From Candidatus Omnitrophota bacterium (lineage in GTDB: Bacteria; Omnitrophota; Gorgyraeia; Tantalellales; Tantalellaceae), in assembly GCA_049642065.1 (NCBI GenBank), contig JBAROK010000056.1:1072-65071 (forward strand): a stretch of 64,000 nt of DNA, given 5' to 3'. Shown one piece after another: positions 50,937-60,838 of the stretch. The notes under the pieces are model-generated. The model was not told the DNA's origin. It saw only the letters and a program-made list of their open reading frames with translations, and ran no database searches. Positions within the stretch are counted from its first letter, which is position 1. Each line of letters starts with the position of its first letter. The position numbers and the translations under genes are program-made.

Positions 50937-51656
50937 TTATTTTATAGAGCTTGAAGTAGCTGCTGCTGTATCAGTAGTGCTCTCTTCTATATTGCTTTTT
51001 TCTCCCATAGCGCTCCAGGCCCATTTTTCGTCAAAAGCTACGCCCCTGACATCTCTTGGTCCAGGCAGGCAGAAAGTCATTAAGTCAACCGCACCATCTA
51101 TCTCACGGCTCAAGAAATACCATATACCTTTTATTATACCTGCATCCCAAGCTTTCTCCTCGATGCCTTTCATTATCTGACCCGGTACTTCACAAACACC
51201 AAAAAGCACGTTAAAAGCACCGCGCTGCAGTTTCTGTAGTACTGGTCTGGTAGTCGCATCCCGAAAACTCGGATCAGTCATATCATAGACTGTTCCCTGT
51301 TCCCATGCAAATTCCGCATCAAGCGGGATACCGATACCGTCGTTGGTTGCGGGATCAGCTGCCCAGCATCCGGCCAGTTCACCGGCACCGGATAGGGTCC
51401 TTCCTACAGCGCTACCTACACCGGCTGCGAAACCTCCGATAGCACCCACCCAACCGGTATTATCCTTGCCCATCCAGCCGTATTCATATCCTTTTGCCAC
51501 CTGCGCCGGAATCTCGATCCAACCGGTAAGGACATTGACAAAACCCCAGTAGGCTTTGTCTCCCGTTGCTTTCGCATAATCGTCATTCTGAGCGAAAGAG
51601 GTGGAGGCTGCGAGCATGAACATAATCGCAAAAAGAACGCAAACGATCTTTCTCAT
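50937..51656 (-). CDS. Secreted protein with two tandem TIGR04073-like (exosortase-system-associated) repeats.
   Basis: Signal peptide is MRKIVCVLFAIMFMLAASTSFA. Repeat 1 is WGFVNVLTGWIEIPAQVAKGYEYG and repeat 2 is RGAFNVLFGVCEVPGQIMKGIEEK. The start ATG is preceded by RBS AAAGGAG. Confidence 0.5.
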   Translation of the reverse strand: MRKIVCVLFAIMFMLAASTSFAQNDDYAKATGDKAYWGFVNVLTGWIEIPAQVAKGYEYGWMGKDNTGWVGAIGGFAAGVGSAVGRTLSGAGELAGCWAADPATNDGIGIPLDAEFAWEQGTVYDMTDPSFRDATTRPVLQKLQRGAFNVLFGVCEVPGQIMKGIEEKAWDAGIIKGIWYFLSREIDGAVDLMTFCLPGPRDVRGVAFDEKWAWSAMGEKSNIEESTTDTAAATSSSIK

Positions 51657-51747
51657 GTCTTTCTCCTTTCGTTTAAATAGTACTAAAATATTGCCGACCA
51701 ATTTAGATAATTATATTGCATTTAGGCAGATTTGGGAATAAAAATTA

Positions 51748-53610
51748 TTATTTATTCATCGGTAAGATAATAGTAGCGGTCGTACCTGCGCCAGGTTTGC
51801 TTGTATATTTCATCTCTCCGCCATGCGCTTTAACAATACCGTAACACACAGATAGCCCTAGACCGGTACCGTGGTCCTTAGTGGTAAAAAAGGGATCGAA
51901 TATCTTCTGCAAATCTGCTTCGGATATTCCGTCTCCCGTATCCTTGATATCTATCCAGATATTACCACCTTTTAAAGATGTCATTATAGTTATATTTCCC
52001 CCTTGGGGCATAGCGTCAGCAGAGTTTCTCATTAAGTTAACGAATATCTCATGCATCTGTTTCTCGTCTGCTACCACCAAGGGAAGCGCAGGATCCAACA
52101 CCGTCTCTACCTTCACATCTTTTAACTCAAGCTGATGTTCGAGTATCTGCACCGCAAAATTTATAGCTTTATTCATATCCATTTCTATAAGCTCTTTTTT
52201 GCTAGGCTTAGAGAATAAAAGCAACCTCTCAATTATGCTTTTAGCGCGGTGGCACTGGTCCATGATGATCCCGAGACTGTCTCTAATTATTTCACTCTTT
52301 GGATCTTCCATCAAGGATATCTGGGCCCGGCCGGATATAACCATGAGCGGATTATTGACTTCGTGAGCCATATCGGATACAAGCTTACCAAGCTGCGCCA
52401 ATCTTTGAGACTCCTTCACTCTCTCTCTTTCAGTGATATCCCGATCTACCCCCCTATACCCTAGTAGCTCACCTTTCTCGTCGAGCACAGGGAGTCCACT
52501 CGTTTCGACCATTAAAACATCTCCATTTTTATGTATAAGATAATTGATATAATTCTCAAATTTGCCTTTATTTTTTATAACCTCTAATGCTTTAGCTTTG
52601 AATGGCTCTCGTTGTGTTGGCGGGAACAAATCATAAAAATACTTTCCTACTACTTCCCCAGGAAGATAACCTATAACTTTTACCGAAGCAGAACTAGCAT
52701 AGGTATATTTACCGGCCGGATCTATTTCCCATATCCAGTCACCAACGTTCTTTGAAATATCTTCAAAACGTTTCTCGGCATCCCTTAATACTTCGATTGA
52801 TACCGTAGATTTTTTAAGTGTTTCTGCCATTTCATTGAAAGATTGTGCAAGGTCGCCGATTTCATCGCTGCTTTTCGTTTGAACCCTATAGTCCAACTCC
52901 CCTTTAGCTATCCTTCTCGTTGCGTCAACAAGCTGTCTTACCGGCCTTAGAACCAGAGTTACGATTAAGGCACTGATAATGATGAGTATAACCGTTAAGG
53001 CAACAACAATGTTAGCTGCAGTACGCTCAGTCTTTTGCATCAATATTTTCGCACTCTCTAGGGAAACACCTATATCTACAATTCCTATTCTTTTTGCCGT
53101 GGTTGAATCCGCTTTTCCTATCTCAGATGTAGCTTTATCCTCTTCCTCTTTTAGAAACAAGCCCTCTTCGGTAACCGAAACATCTATGCCTTCACTTACA
53201 ATGAAAGCTGTTATATCGTAATGATCATTCCTAGGCATGTGATGGTATTTTATGATCGGCTTGTTCGTCCTGTGTATCAGTTCATCAATCGGCATCAACT
53301 CAGCTTTTATTCCCTTGGCTTCCCCCTGCGCCAAAATCTTGCCTTTAATATTCCGTATCACACAATAAATCACATCAGGCTGGTTCATGGTCCCTATAAC
53401 TAGATTCTCAATCATCTCCCTGTTGCCCGTTAATACACCATACTCCGAATTATAGCCCAGCCCCCTGGCTAAGATCATCCCTTTTTCCAGATATTGGGAA
53501 CTTATGAGTCTTTGTTGTGATTTTGTAAAAAAGAAAGCTACCGTTACACTTACCAATATCACAAGCCCCATTACCAGAAAAATCGATTTTGTACGTATAC
53601 TTATTTTCAT
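51748..53610 (-). CDS. Sensor histidine kinase (TM, periplasmic domain, TM, HAMP, PAS, HisKA, HATPase).
   Basis: Two TM segments flank a periplasmic region of about 180 aa. HAMP is RPVRQLVDATRRIAKGELDYRV, the H-box is VSDMAHEVNNPL and the G-box is GTGLGLSV. Confidence 0.85.
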   Translation of the reverse strand: MKISIRTKSIFLVMGLVILVSVTVAFFFTKSQQRLISSQYLEKGMILARGLGYNSEYGVLTGNREMIENLVIGTMNQPDVIYCVIRNIKGKILAQGEAKGIKAELMPIDELIHRTNKPIIKYHHMPRNDHYDITAFIVSEGIDVSVTEEGLFLKEEEDKATSEIGKADSTTAKRIGIVDIGVSLESAKILMQKTERTAANIVVALTVILIIISALIVTLVLRPVRQLVDATRRIAKGELDYRVQTKSSDEIGDLAQSFNEMAETLKKSTVSIEVLRDAEKRFEDISKNVGDWIWEIDPAGKYTYASSASVKVIGYLPGEVVGKYFYDLFPPTQREPFKAKALEVIKNKGKFENYINYLIHKNGDVLMVETSGLPVLDEKGELLGYRGVDRDITERERVKESQRLAQLGKLVSDMAHEVNNPLMVISGRAQISLMEDPKSEIIRDSLGIIMDQCHRAKSIIERLLLFSKPSKKELIEMDMNKAINFAVQILEHQLELKDVKVETVLDPALPLVVADEKQMHEIFVNLMRNSADAMPQGGNITIMTSLKGGNIWIDIKDTGDGISEADLQKIFDPFFTTKDHGTGLGLSVCYGIVKAHGGEMKYTSKPGAGTTATIILPMNK

Positions 53611-53640
53611 GTTTATAATTTAGTTTTTCAAAACACGCTG

Positions 53641-54621
53641 TTATTTCCCGTAAACTATAGCCCCATCCAAAAGGTTCTGAGGAATGTTAATGCCAATATT
53701 TTCTGCTGTTTTCACATTGATCACTAACTTTGTTTTCCTGGGGAGTTTTATCGACATATCGTGCGGGAGAACACCTTTCAGCAATTCAACGGCTACTTTT
53801 GCCGTCTGCTGTCCTATATCATAATAATCACACTCCAGGGCCATAAGAGCACCTGCTTTTACAAAGTGCTCGGAAAATGCCATGAAAGGAATCTTTTCCT
53901 TTAATGTGGAAAGGATAATGTGGCGTGCTGTCGCGGAATTATATATCATGGGATCGACACTCGCCCAAAGACAATCCGCCTCTTTGAAAATCTTATCCAG
54001 CATAGGTGATATTTCGTTTTTGGCATATATCGGTTTTGATATTAATTTTAGCCCTGCTTTTGCTGCTGCGAGTTCGGCTTCTCTGACGATTTCCGATTTG
54101 GTTCTCTTATCGTAAAGCATCCCAACCTTTTTAGCGCGAGGTATGACCCTTTTTAATACTTTGAACTGAACTTCAATAGGTATGTTGAGGCATACTCCGG
54201 AAATATTGCCTCCCGGCCTTCTCAATGAATCCACAATACCGCTTTCAACGGGATTAAGCACCATGGTAAAAACTACCGGAATATCTTTGATGCTTTTTCT
54301 AGCAAAGACGGCAGCTTCAGTACCTATAACAAAAACCAGGTTAGCTTTAGACTCGTCAATTTCTTTTACAAGTTCTGCGGTTTTCTCAACAAATTTTTGG
54401 AAATCATATTCTTTATATATGACATTGTATACTTCATCGCTCAGCTCCTTCTGAAATCCCGAATAAGCTTCTCTATATGGCTGGATGGACCTGGATTTGA
54501 TAACACATATCGTCTGTTGTTCAGCGGCAAGAACAGCTTCAGAGCATATCGTCCCTAAAAACAACATGCAAATGACAATATATAAAAGAATTATTTTTTT
54601 AGACATAATCGTTTCAAACAT
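53641..54621 (-). CDS. Periplasmic substrate-binding protein of the ABC_sub_bind (PF04392-like) family.
   Basis: Signal peptide plus an alpha/beta fold. The C-terminal KLVINVKTAENIGINIPQNLL is typical of this family. Confidence 0.6.
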   Translation of the reverse strand: MFETIMSKKIILLYIVICMLFLGTICSEAVLAAEQQTICVIKSRSIQPYREAYSGFQKELSDEVYNVIYKEYDFQKFVEKTAELVKEIDESKANLVFVIGTEAAVFARKSIKDIPVVFTMVLNPVESGIVDSLRRPGGNISGVCLNIPIEVQFKVLKRVIPRAKKVGMLYDKRTKSEIVREAELAAAKAGLKLISKPIYAKNEISPMLDKIFKEADCLWASVDPMIYNSATARHIILSTLKEKIPFMAFSEHFVKAGALMALECDYYDIGQQTAKVAVELLKGVLPHDMSIKLPRKTKLVINVKTAENIGINIPQNLLDGAIVYGK

Positions 54622-54628
54622 TTATTCC

Positions 54629-56533
54629 TTAGAACTTCAGCCTCAGTTCAGCCAAATACCTTCTACCTATCTGCTCCCCTGTTCCTGGAGACTCTACATG
54701 TTTATCCAAAAGAATGTTGGTCCCGCTTATTGCAAGCTCCATATTCTTGGTTATCCAGTATCCTAACCTGGCGTTCAATGTGCTGTACTTGCCTATGGCA
54801 GTTTGAGTGTTCCCTACATTCTCACCATGCCCTACATAATTCCAGTAGAGCGATGCTTCCACTTTATCTTCATAGTTCATAAGTACTCCCAGATTCCAAA
54901 TATTTTTTGGGGTGAACCTAATGAAAGCGTTCTCATCGTAGTTGACAAGCTGGTGAGTAGTATTCGCGAAACACTTCATCCAATCCGTTGCTTTATACTC
55001 AATGCTGTTCTCTATGCCCCAGGTAGTGGCGTTTCCCTGATTTAAATACCCAGTTGTGATTATAACCGGAGCAAAACTCTCGAATCCAGTTCTCGTAGAA
55101 TCTATAAAATTCTTTATATAACTAACAAAAAAATCGCTATTAATTTTAACTTTTCTATCGAAAAACTGACCTTCATATCCAACTTCACCTGTTACTATTT
55201 TTTCGACATCGAGTTCTTTCTGGCCGAAATTATGCCCCATAGGAGTTGTTCTTTGGTATATATCAAGATAATATTCGCTCAGGGTAGGTGCGCGGAAAGC
55301 GTTCCCCAGCGAAGCTCTGATGAAATTGTCTTTAAATAACGTGAAAAGTCCTGCTATCCTTCCCGTAAGCTGTAACCCGGAAATTGTATAGTAATCCATC
55401 CTACCTGAACTTATAACACGGAAGTTGTCCATCACTTCCCAATCATCCTGTATATACCCGTTCCATATAAGCTGTGTCTGTGGGCTAACGGTCGGTCCCC
55501 ATATATTAGCTTTTGCGAAATCGTATCTAAGCCCCGTGCCGATCGTAACGTCATGGTTCTCAAGCGGTTCAAAATCATAACTTAGTTCAGTTTCTATTAC
55601 ATCTATTTTGGTTTTGAACCGTTTTGAATCGGCATCATAATCGCCAATAAAATGATTCCAGAACAGTTTACCTTTAAACCCATCCAGAACACAGTCCAGC
55701 TGCGTATACACATACCCTATATCATTTTCTCCCGTAAAAACAGGCAAAGTGGAAGAGATGAATGGGTGTTCTCCAATAACCCCGCCTCCCGATAATGACA
55801 CTTTAGAGTTATCATCAATATAATATTCCACTTCCGCATTGACCTGTCCTAAGTTAGTCTTGTAGCTATCCAGATAAAAATAATCGTAACGATCCCATCC
55901 TGCAGAAACTTTATACCCCCAGTCCTCTATCCTCTGGCCGTGCACAACTGAACTTACTGTGTATACGTCGTGGAAATTCGTTTTTTGAGTAAAAAGAGTC
56001 CCGTTAATCTCTTCGGGGGTTTTCGTAATAATGTTTATAAGACCGTTAAAAGCATTTGCCCCGTACAGTGACGCTACCGGCCCCTTAACGACTTCTATCT
56101 GCTTTACCTCATCCGGCTGGATGCTGATCGTAGACCACAGGAAAAATCCCTGCGCAGGAAGATAAAGGTTCCTCCCGTCCACAAGCAGAAGACTGGTATT
56201 ATTGATTATCTCGTTAAACCCTCGTATAGATATGTCAGGCTGAGACACGGTAGTCCTCATCACGTTCACACCTGGTACCTGGCTCAGGGACTCATAAAGA
56301 TTTATCCCACCGTACATCCTTATATCTTCCTCTGTTAAGACATAAGTACTAGCAGAAGCCTCCGAAAGTGGCTGTAGTTTCTTACCCGGAGTAAACACCA
56401 TGGGTATCTCTTCAAAAAGTGCCAGTTCAGCCGGAGGCTGTGGTGGGGGTGGTGCTTGTGCAAAAGTGAAATCGATACCTACACTTAAGCAAAATACCGA
56501 GATTATACTTACTGCTAATATTTTTTTAACCAT
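54629..56533 (-). CDS. TonB-dependent outer membrane receptor.
   Basis: An N-terminal signal peptide is followed by a plug domain (LTEEDIRMYGGINLYESLSQVPGV) and a beta-barrel ending in terminal F (LRLKF). Confidence 0.85.
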   Translation of the reverse strand: MVKKILAVSIISVFCLSVGIDFTFAQAPPPPQPPAELALFEEIPMVFTPGKKLQPLSEASASTYVLTEEDIRMYGGINLYESLSQVPGVNVMRTTVSQPDISIRGFNEIINNTSLLLVDGRNLYLPAQGFFLWSTISIQPDEVKQIEVVKGPVASLYGANAFNGLINIITKTPEEINGTLFTQKTNFHDVYTVSSVVHGQRIEDWGYKVSAGWDRYDYFYLDSYKTNLGQVNAEVEYYIDDNSKVSLSGGGVIGEHPFISSTLPVFTGENDIGYVYTQLDCVLDGFKGKLFWNHFIGDYDADSKRFKTKIDVIETELSYDFEPLENHDVTIGTGLRYDFAKANIWGPTVSPQTQLIWNGYIQDDWEVMDNFRVISSGRMDYYTISGLQLTGRIAGLFTLFKDNFIRASLGNAFRAPTLSEYYLDIYQRTTPMGHNFGQKELDVEKIVTGEVGYEGQFFDRKVKINSDFFVSYIKNFIDSTRTGFESFAPVIITTGYLNQGNATTWGIENSIEYKATDWMKCFANTTHQLVNYDENAFIRFTPKNIWNLGVLMNYEDKVEASLYWNYVGHGENVGNTQTAIGKYSTLNARLGYWITKNMELAISGTNILLDKHVESPGTGEQIGRRYLAELRLKF

Positions 56534-56599
56534 TATGCTTTCTCCTTGATTTCATTACAATCAAATGTATCTCTTGTTTTAGCTCTATAAAGACAAAAA

Positions 56600-56626
56600 G
56601 GCGACCCCGATTTTTATCGGGTCGCC
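56600..56626 (-). terminator. Rho-independent terminator, bidirectional.
   Basis: Perfect hairpin ggcgaccccga-ttttta-tcgggtcgcc flanked by aaaaa and tttt. Confidence 0.6.
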
Positions 56627-56777
56627 TTTTACTTTTTATTTAATGATTGCGCTCGCACCATATCATCGCAGTAAAATGCATTTATGCGCTGTATAAGATT
56701 AATTACTACATTGTTATACCAATAGTACACCTCAAGTGTAGGTAGGTCAAATTCTTTTAAAAAAAAATTTGGAGGGG

Positions 56778-58292
56778 CTATTTTATGTTCCGGGATGCGG
56801 GTAATATCGCCTCAGTCACTTTCGGAAGATCACCGTATAAACCCTGGTATATTTCGTTATACCTGTCTTTTCCACCGATAAAAGCAAAGGTAAGCGGCAT
56901 TACCTCTTTTGCCTGTTCACTCATAAAACGTGAGATATTTTGTATATCCCACTGCGCGTGAGCGTCTTCTCTAAGGCGCGATATATGATACATCTCTCTG
57001 GCGTTAAGCCTTATAAGCACCCGTTTGCGATGCGCGTTCGTGAGGATATATGGCGCAGCTAACGGGACCTCTCTATTTATCGCATCATAAACTTTATTGG
57101 TCTTTTCAACAATCTCCATGAAATCCTTTTCCATACCTATTTCTTTTATAGATTCAGGGATCGTAACGCCTAATCCCGGATCATATGCTTGTGCAGTGAT
57201 CGTTGACATACGGTGACGTTTCAGCTGGCCGAAACAGGCCGATGACAAAGCAACATTAAAAGTAAGGTTAGCATATTCGAATTCTCGCAGCATCGAATCG
57301 TAGAACTGCATATTACGCCAGCTTGCCTTGAAAATATCCATCTTCTGTTTCTTGCTCAGCTCTTTAACTATTGATCTGCACTTTTCATAAGACATGCCCG
57401 TGGAGGTATGAAGAAGAGATGAGGCCACAACATCATCACCGTCTTTTGTATATTCAACAAGCTGCACCTCTTTTAGCACATCAGCGGAAACGCTTTCTGA
57501 AACAACTCCGGGAAGACTTCCCGCCAACTCTTTTAACTCAGGGTAAGTTTTAAGATCTTTTTCGTTCGCTTCATGAAAAAGGACAATTGAAGGCGCTACT
57601 TCCGATATCTGTTCGTAAACAGTACGTCCAAGTTCATTTACCTCTGCTAATGGATGAGATGCGAATCTCCTGAGCATGAGTTCCAGAGTACGGGCGTTCA
57701 GCGTCTGGCCCACTTGTGACTCGGTTGCCAATGCTGTTATGTAACGCGCATCTTCCTTGGCCCACCCTTCCAAAAGATTATGATTTTTAGGGTCAGCGGC
57801 AAGATCCGGATATTTAGTGAATACATAATCTTTTAACTTCTCATAAAACTTGAAGTATGCTTCGTTCTGCTCGTGAATCATATTCATAAACGTCTTCTCA
57901 AGATCCGTACCCTTGATCTCCTGAGGGACAACAAAATCTTTGTCCAGCGTTATGTAACGTTGGGATTTTTCCGTATAAGCACATAACCTGAATTTTTCGA
58001 GTTCTTCCATAACAAACCGCGAAACACCGAGTATATCAAGGTTGAATACCGCATGTTCTGCGACCGAGTGGTGCCCCATTTTGAAAATAATAGTGGAATT
58101 GGATTTCCTGGATCTTTCTACTTCTTCCCTAGCGGATTTTCTTATCTCATTGATCGGACGTGAATCCCGGCTTATACGCGCGTATGCCGCGGACAGTACT
58201 TCCGGCGTCAGATCTTCTCTTTTTCCTGTCTGTTCCTCAATTTCACGTAAAACGCCTGTGTCGACATTATATCCTGCCAGATATACTTTCAT
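56778..58292 (-). CDS. thyX: FAD-dependent thymidylate synthase ThyX, tandem-duplicated (two Thy1 repeats).
   Basis: Repeat 1 has GHHSVAEHAVFNL...FRLCAYTEKSQRY, where RHR has been lost but SQRY is kept. Repeat 2 has QLKRHRMST... and NAREMYHISRLREDAHAQWDIQ, a close match to the ThyX LRADSHAQWEIQ motif. 504 aa, about twice the canonical size. Confidence 0.7.
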   Translation of the reverse strand: MKVYLAGYNVDTGVLREIEEQTGKREDLTPEVLSAAYARISRDSRPINEIRKSAREEVERSRKSNSTIIFKMGHHSVAEHAVFNLDILGVSRFVMEELEKFRLCAYTEKSQRYITLDKDFVVPQEIKGTDLEKTFMNMIHEQNEAYFKFYEKLKDYVFTKYPDLAADPKNHNLLEGWAKEDARYITALATESQVGQTLNARTLELMLRRFASHPLAEVNELGRTVYEQISEVAPSIVLFHEANEKDLKTYPELKELAGSLPGVVSESVSADVLKEVQLVEYTKDGDDVVASSLLHTSTGMSYEKCRSIVKELSKKQKMDIFKASWRNMQFYDSMLREFEYANLTFNVALSSACFGQLKRHRMSTITAQAYDPGLGVTIPESIKEIGMEKDFMEIVEKTNKVYDAINREVPLAAPYILTNAHRKRVLIRLNAREMYHISRLREDAHAQWDIQNISRFMSEQAKEVMPLTFAFIGGKDRYNEIYQGLYGDLPKVTEAILPASRNIK

Positions 58293-58447
58293 CGTGTTCC
58301 ATCCTTAATAACAGTTAATTTATTAGAGTTCTGAAGGATTATCATTGTCACTAAAGAGTGACCTTCATAATGATAGCATAAATAATTAGGATTTTAAACC
58401 TATTATCTGCTATAGGCATAAATGCTTATGATGTAACGATTTAATCG

Positions 58448-58774
58448 TTACATCATATTAATTGGTGATACCACATAAATATATCTTAGTGCATCTTCGC
58501 CCGCATTTTTTACATCATGTTTTGTATTCGGCGGGATGTAAACAAGGGTTCCTTTTTCTGCGGTTATTGGATCTTTTTGGTCGCAGGATATTTCTGCCTT
58601 GCCCTGCAGGACAACTATAGCTTCTTCCTTTTCATCGGTGCTATGCTCTCCTACGGATTCGCCGGCCTTAAGTGTAACACTGCCTGATTTCATGCCGAAT
58701 GTATCAGGACTACCTCCAAGCAATCTCTGATACCCTTCTTTTCCTTCTAATTTGATTACTTTAGGTTCTGACAT
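58448..58774 (-). CDS. Cupin domain protein.
   Basis: Two cupin motifs: G..GEHSTDEKEE and YIPPNTKHDVKN; 108 aa. It lies 3 nt downstream of larB. Confidence 0.6.
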   Translation of the reverse strand: MSEPKVIKLEGKEGYQRLLGGSPDTFGMKSGSVTLKAGESVGEHSTDEKEEAIVVLQGKAEISCDQKDPITAEKGTLVYIPPNTKHDVKNAGEDALRYIYVVSPINMM

Positions 58775-58776
58775 AT

Positions 58777-59514
58777 CTATTTCCTGTTAATAAGCGATGC
58801 CATGTATCCGGCACCAAACCCGTTATCAATATTAACTGCGGCAACACCGGGAGCGCAGCTATTTAGCATAGTAAGAAGCGGCGCTAACCCTTCAAAATTA
58901 GCGCCGTAACCTACACTTGTAGGTACAGCGATCACGGGGCGGCTTACCATTCCTCCAACCAAGCTTGGAAGAGCCCCGTCCATGCCTGCCACTACAACAA
59001 CGACATTCGCACTTGTCAGTTTCTTGCGACTGGCAAGCATCCTATGCATGCCGGCAACACCCATATCATAGGAACGTTCAACTTTGTTCCCGAGCATCTC
59101 TGCAGTAACTGCAGCTTCTTCGGCTATAGGCATATCAGAAGTTCCCGCAGAAGCCACAAATATCGTTTTCCCTGTTTTTCTTTTTTTCTTACCGGCAAAT
59201 ATTATCCTCGCGTCACTGTAATAAACGGCATCTTTTCTTGCATCTTTTACTGCGTTGTAAATATCCCGGCTGGCCCTGGTCGCCATTATCGTACCTGTCC
59301 TGCGCCTTTTAAATATCTCGACAATCTGCTTCTCGCTCTTTCCTTCACAAAATATAACCTCTGGGAACCCCTTGCGAAGATCCCTATGGGTATCTATCTT
59401 TGCAAAACCCATATCATCAAAAGGAAAAGATTTTAGTGCGCACATCGCCTTAACGGTACTCATTTTGCCGGATTCCACGTCTTTTAGTATCTTTTTTATT
59501 TGTTTTTTATCCAT
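58777..59514 (-). CDS. larB: LarB, the PurE-like nicotinic acid adenine dinucleotide carboxylase/hydrolase that makes P2CMN.
   Basis: The PurE-like region is IFVASAGTSDMPIAEEA, with a second half VVVAGMDGALPSLVGG...PTSVGYG; 245 aa. Confidence 0.75.
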   Translation of the reverse strand: MDKKQIKKILKDVESGKMSTVKAMCALKSFPFDDMGFAKIDTHRDLRKGFPEVIFCEGKSEKQIVEIFKRRRTGTIMATRASRDIYNAVKDARKDAVYYSDARIIFAGKKKRKTGKTIFVASAGTSDMPIAEEAAVTAEMLGNKVERSYDMGVAGMHRMLASRKKLTSANVVVVVAGMDGALPSLVGGMVSRPVIAVPTSVGYGANFEGLAPLLTMLNSCAPGVAAVNIDNGFGAGYMASLINRK

Positions 59515-60311
59515 GGCATATCCTCGTCCATGCTGCCTGTTCTATATCCCTCCGGATCAATTTCAACTTTTTTATAACCAAGATCTGTAAGCTTCTTAAT
59601 AATATACTCTTTCACCTCTTTCGTCAATTCAGATACCTGTTCGGGAGAAACCTCCACTCGGACATATTCATCATAAACACGAACTCTTACATCGGTAAAA
59701 CCCCTACCTGAGATAATATCTTCAGCCTTCTGAACATTTTCAAGCTGTTCAGCATCAATTCTTTTATCATAAACAAATCTTGTCAAAAAACAAGATTGCG
59801 ACGGCATGTCCCAATTCTCAAGACCTAATTCTTTTGCTAAAACCCTGATATCGTCCTTTGAGAGGCCAGCTTCCTTTAATGGACTTTTAATGGCGAGCTC
59901 TTCTATTGCTCTCTCTCCTGGCCTGTACTGATCTGTATCATCTGCATTTGACCCTTCCGCGACAAAGTTAACATTTTCTTCATTTGCAATTTTTAATAAT
60001 TCTGAAAATACCCGTTTTTTACAATAGTAGCATCTTTCGATGGAATTATTTAATACATTCTCTTCCTCTAGTTCGTTAGAGCTTATAATGATGTGTTTTG
60101 CACCGAGGCTTTTCGCTATCCTTTTTGCACTATCTATTTCTTTTTTTGGTCTTGCAGGAGATACTGCCGTAACCGCTATTACTTTGTGGCCTAACGCATC
60201 GGTAGCAGCCTTGAGTAAGAGACCACTGTCTACGCCGCCCGAAAAAGCGACCAATACGCTTCCCATATTTTTTAATATTCCCGTAAGAATATTATATTTG
60301 GAGACATTCAT
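59496..60311 (-). CDS. larE: LarE-family PP-loop ATP pyrophosphatase (sulfur insertase for the nickel-pincer nucleotide).
   Basis: PP-loop is SGGVDS and the catalytic-Cys region is PSQSCFLTRF. A CYYC pair gives three Cys in total, as in the Fe-S-dependent catalytic LarE subclass. Confidence 0.7.
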   Translation of the reverse strand: MNVSKYNILTGILKNMGSVLVAFSGGVDSGLLLKAATDALGHKVIAVTAVSPARPKKEIDSAKRIAKSLGAKHIIISSNELEEENVLNNSIERCYYCKKRVFSELLKIANEENVNFVAEGSNADDTDQYRPGERAIEELAIKSPLKEAGLSKDDIRVLAKELGLENWDMPSQSCFLTRFVYDKRIDAEQLENVQKAEDIISGRGFTDVRVRVYDEYVRVEVSPEQVSELTKEVKEYIIKKLTDLGYKKVEIDPEGYRTGSMDEDMPWIKNK

Positions 60312-60349
60312 AGTTACTTTAATGTGTTTTGGGAGGATTTTTTGCGGGA

Positions 60350-60817
60350 TCAGATCTTATCTTCTGACTGTTTCCCAAAAATACTGGTTATCCGTATTTT
60401 CCATACTCCTACCGCTAAAAGCATAGGCAGCGGAATGTTCCATTCCTTGTCAGAGTAATGGCTTACTATTATTTTCAGTGCTTCACGTTTTTCATCGTTC
60501 CCAGTGACTTCAATGGCTTCACCGAACCCGATGATAGACCGGTAAGAAAAATTGAATTCACATGCCTTTGTTTCGTGCTCTACAAGTTCTGTTTCGCTTT
60601 CGAACTCAAAACAAACATTGGGATTATTCTTAAGGTAATCTATTTTCATGCCTTTCTTGGCGGAGTGAAAATAGATGAAGTCTCCATCAAACCCGAACGA
60701 CAAAGGTACTATATAAGGTTTATCGTCTTTAGATAATCCCAAACGCAGCACTTCGGCTTTATTGATAGCTTCGTGCATGAGACTCTTATCGGTTATTTCC
60801 TGGTGTTTTCTTCTCAT
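60350..60817 (-). CDS. Pyridoxamine 5'-phosphate oxidase-like FMN-binding split-barrel protein.
   Basis: 155 aa with a split-barrel pattern (NimA/general stress 26-like). Confidence 0.5.
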   Translation of the reverse strand: MRRKHQEITDKSLMHEAINKAEVLRLGLSKDDKPYIVPLSFGFDGDFIYFHSAKKGMKIDYLKNNPNVCFEFESETELVEHETKACEFNFSYRSIIGFGEAIEVTGNDEKREALKIIVSHYSDKEWNIPLPMLLAVGVWKIRITSIFGKQSEDKI

Positions 60818-60838
60818 CGCCCGGAAGTTCCTTGGCGC

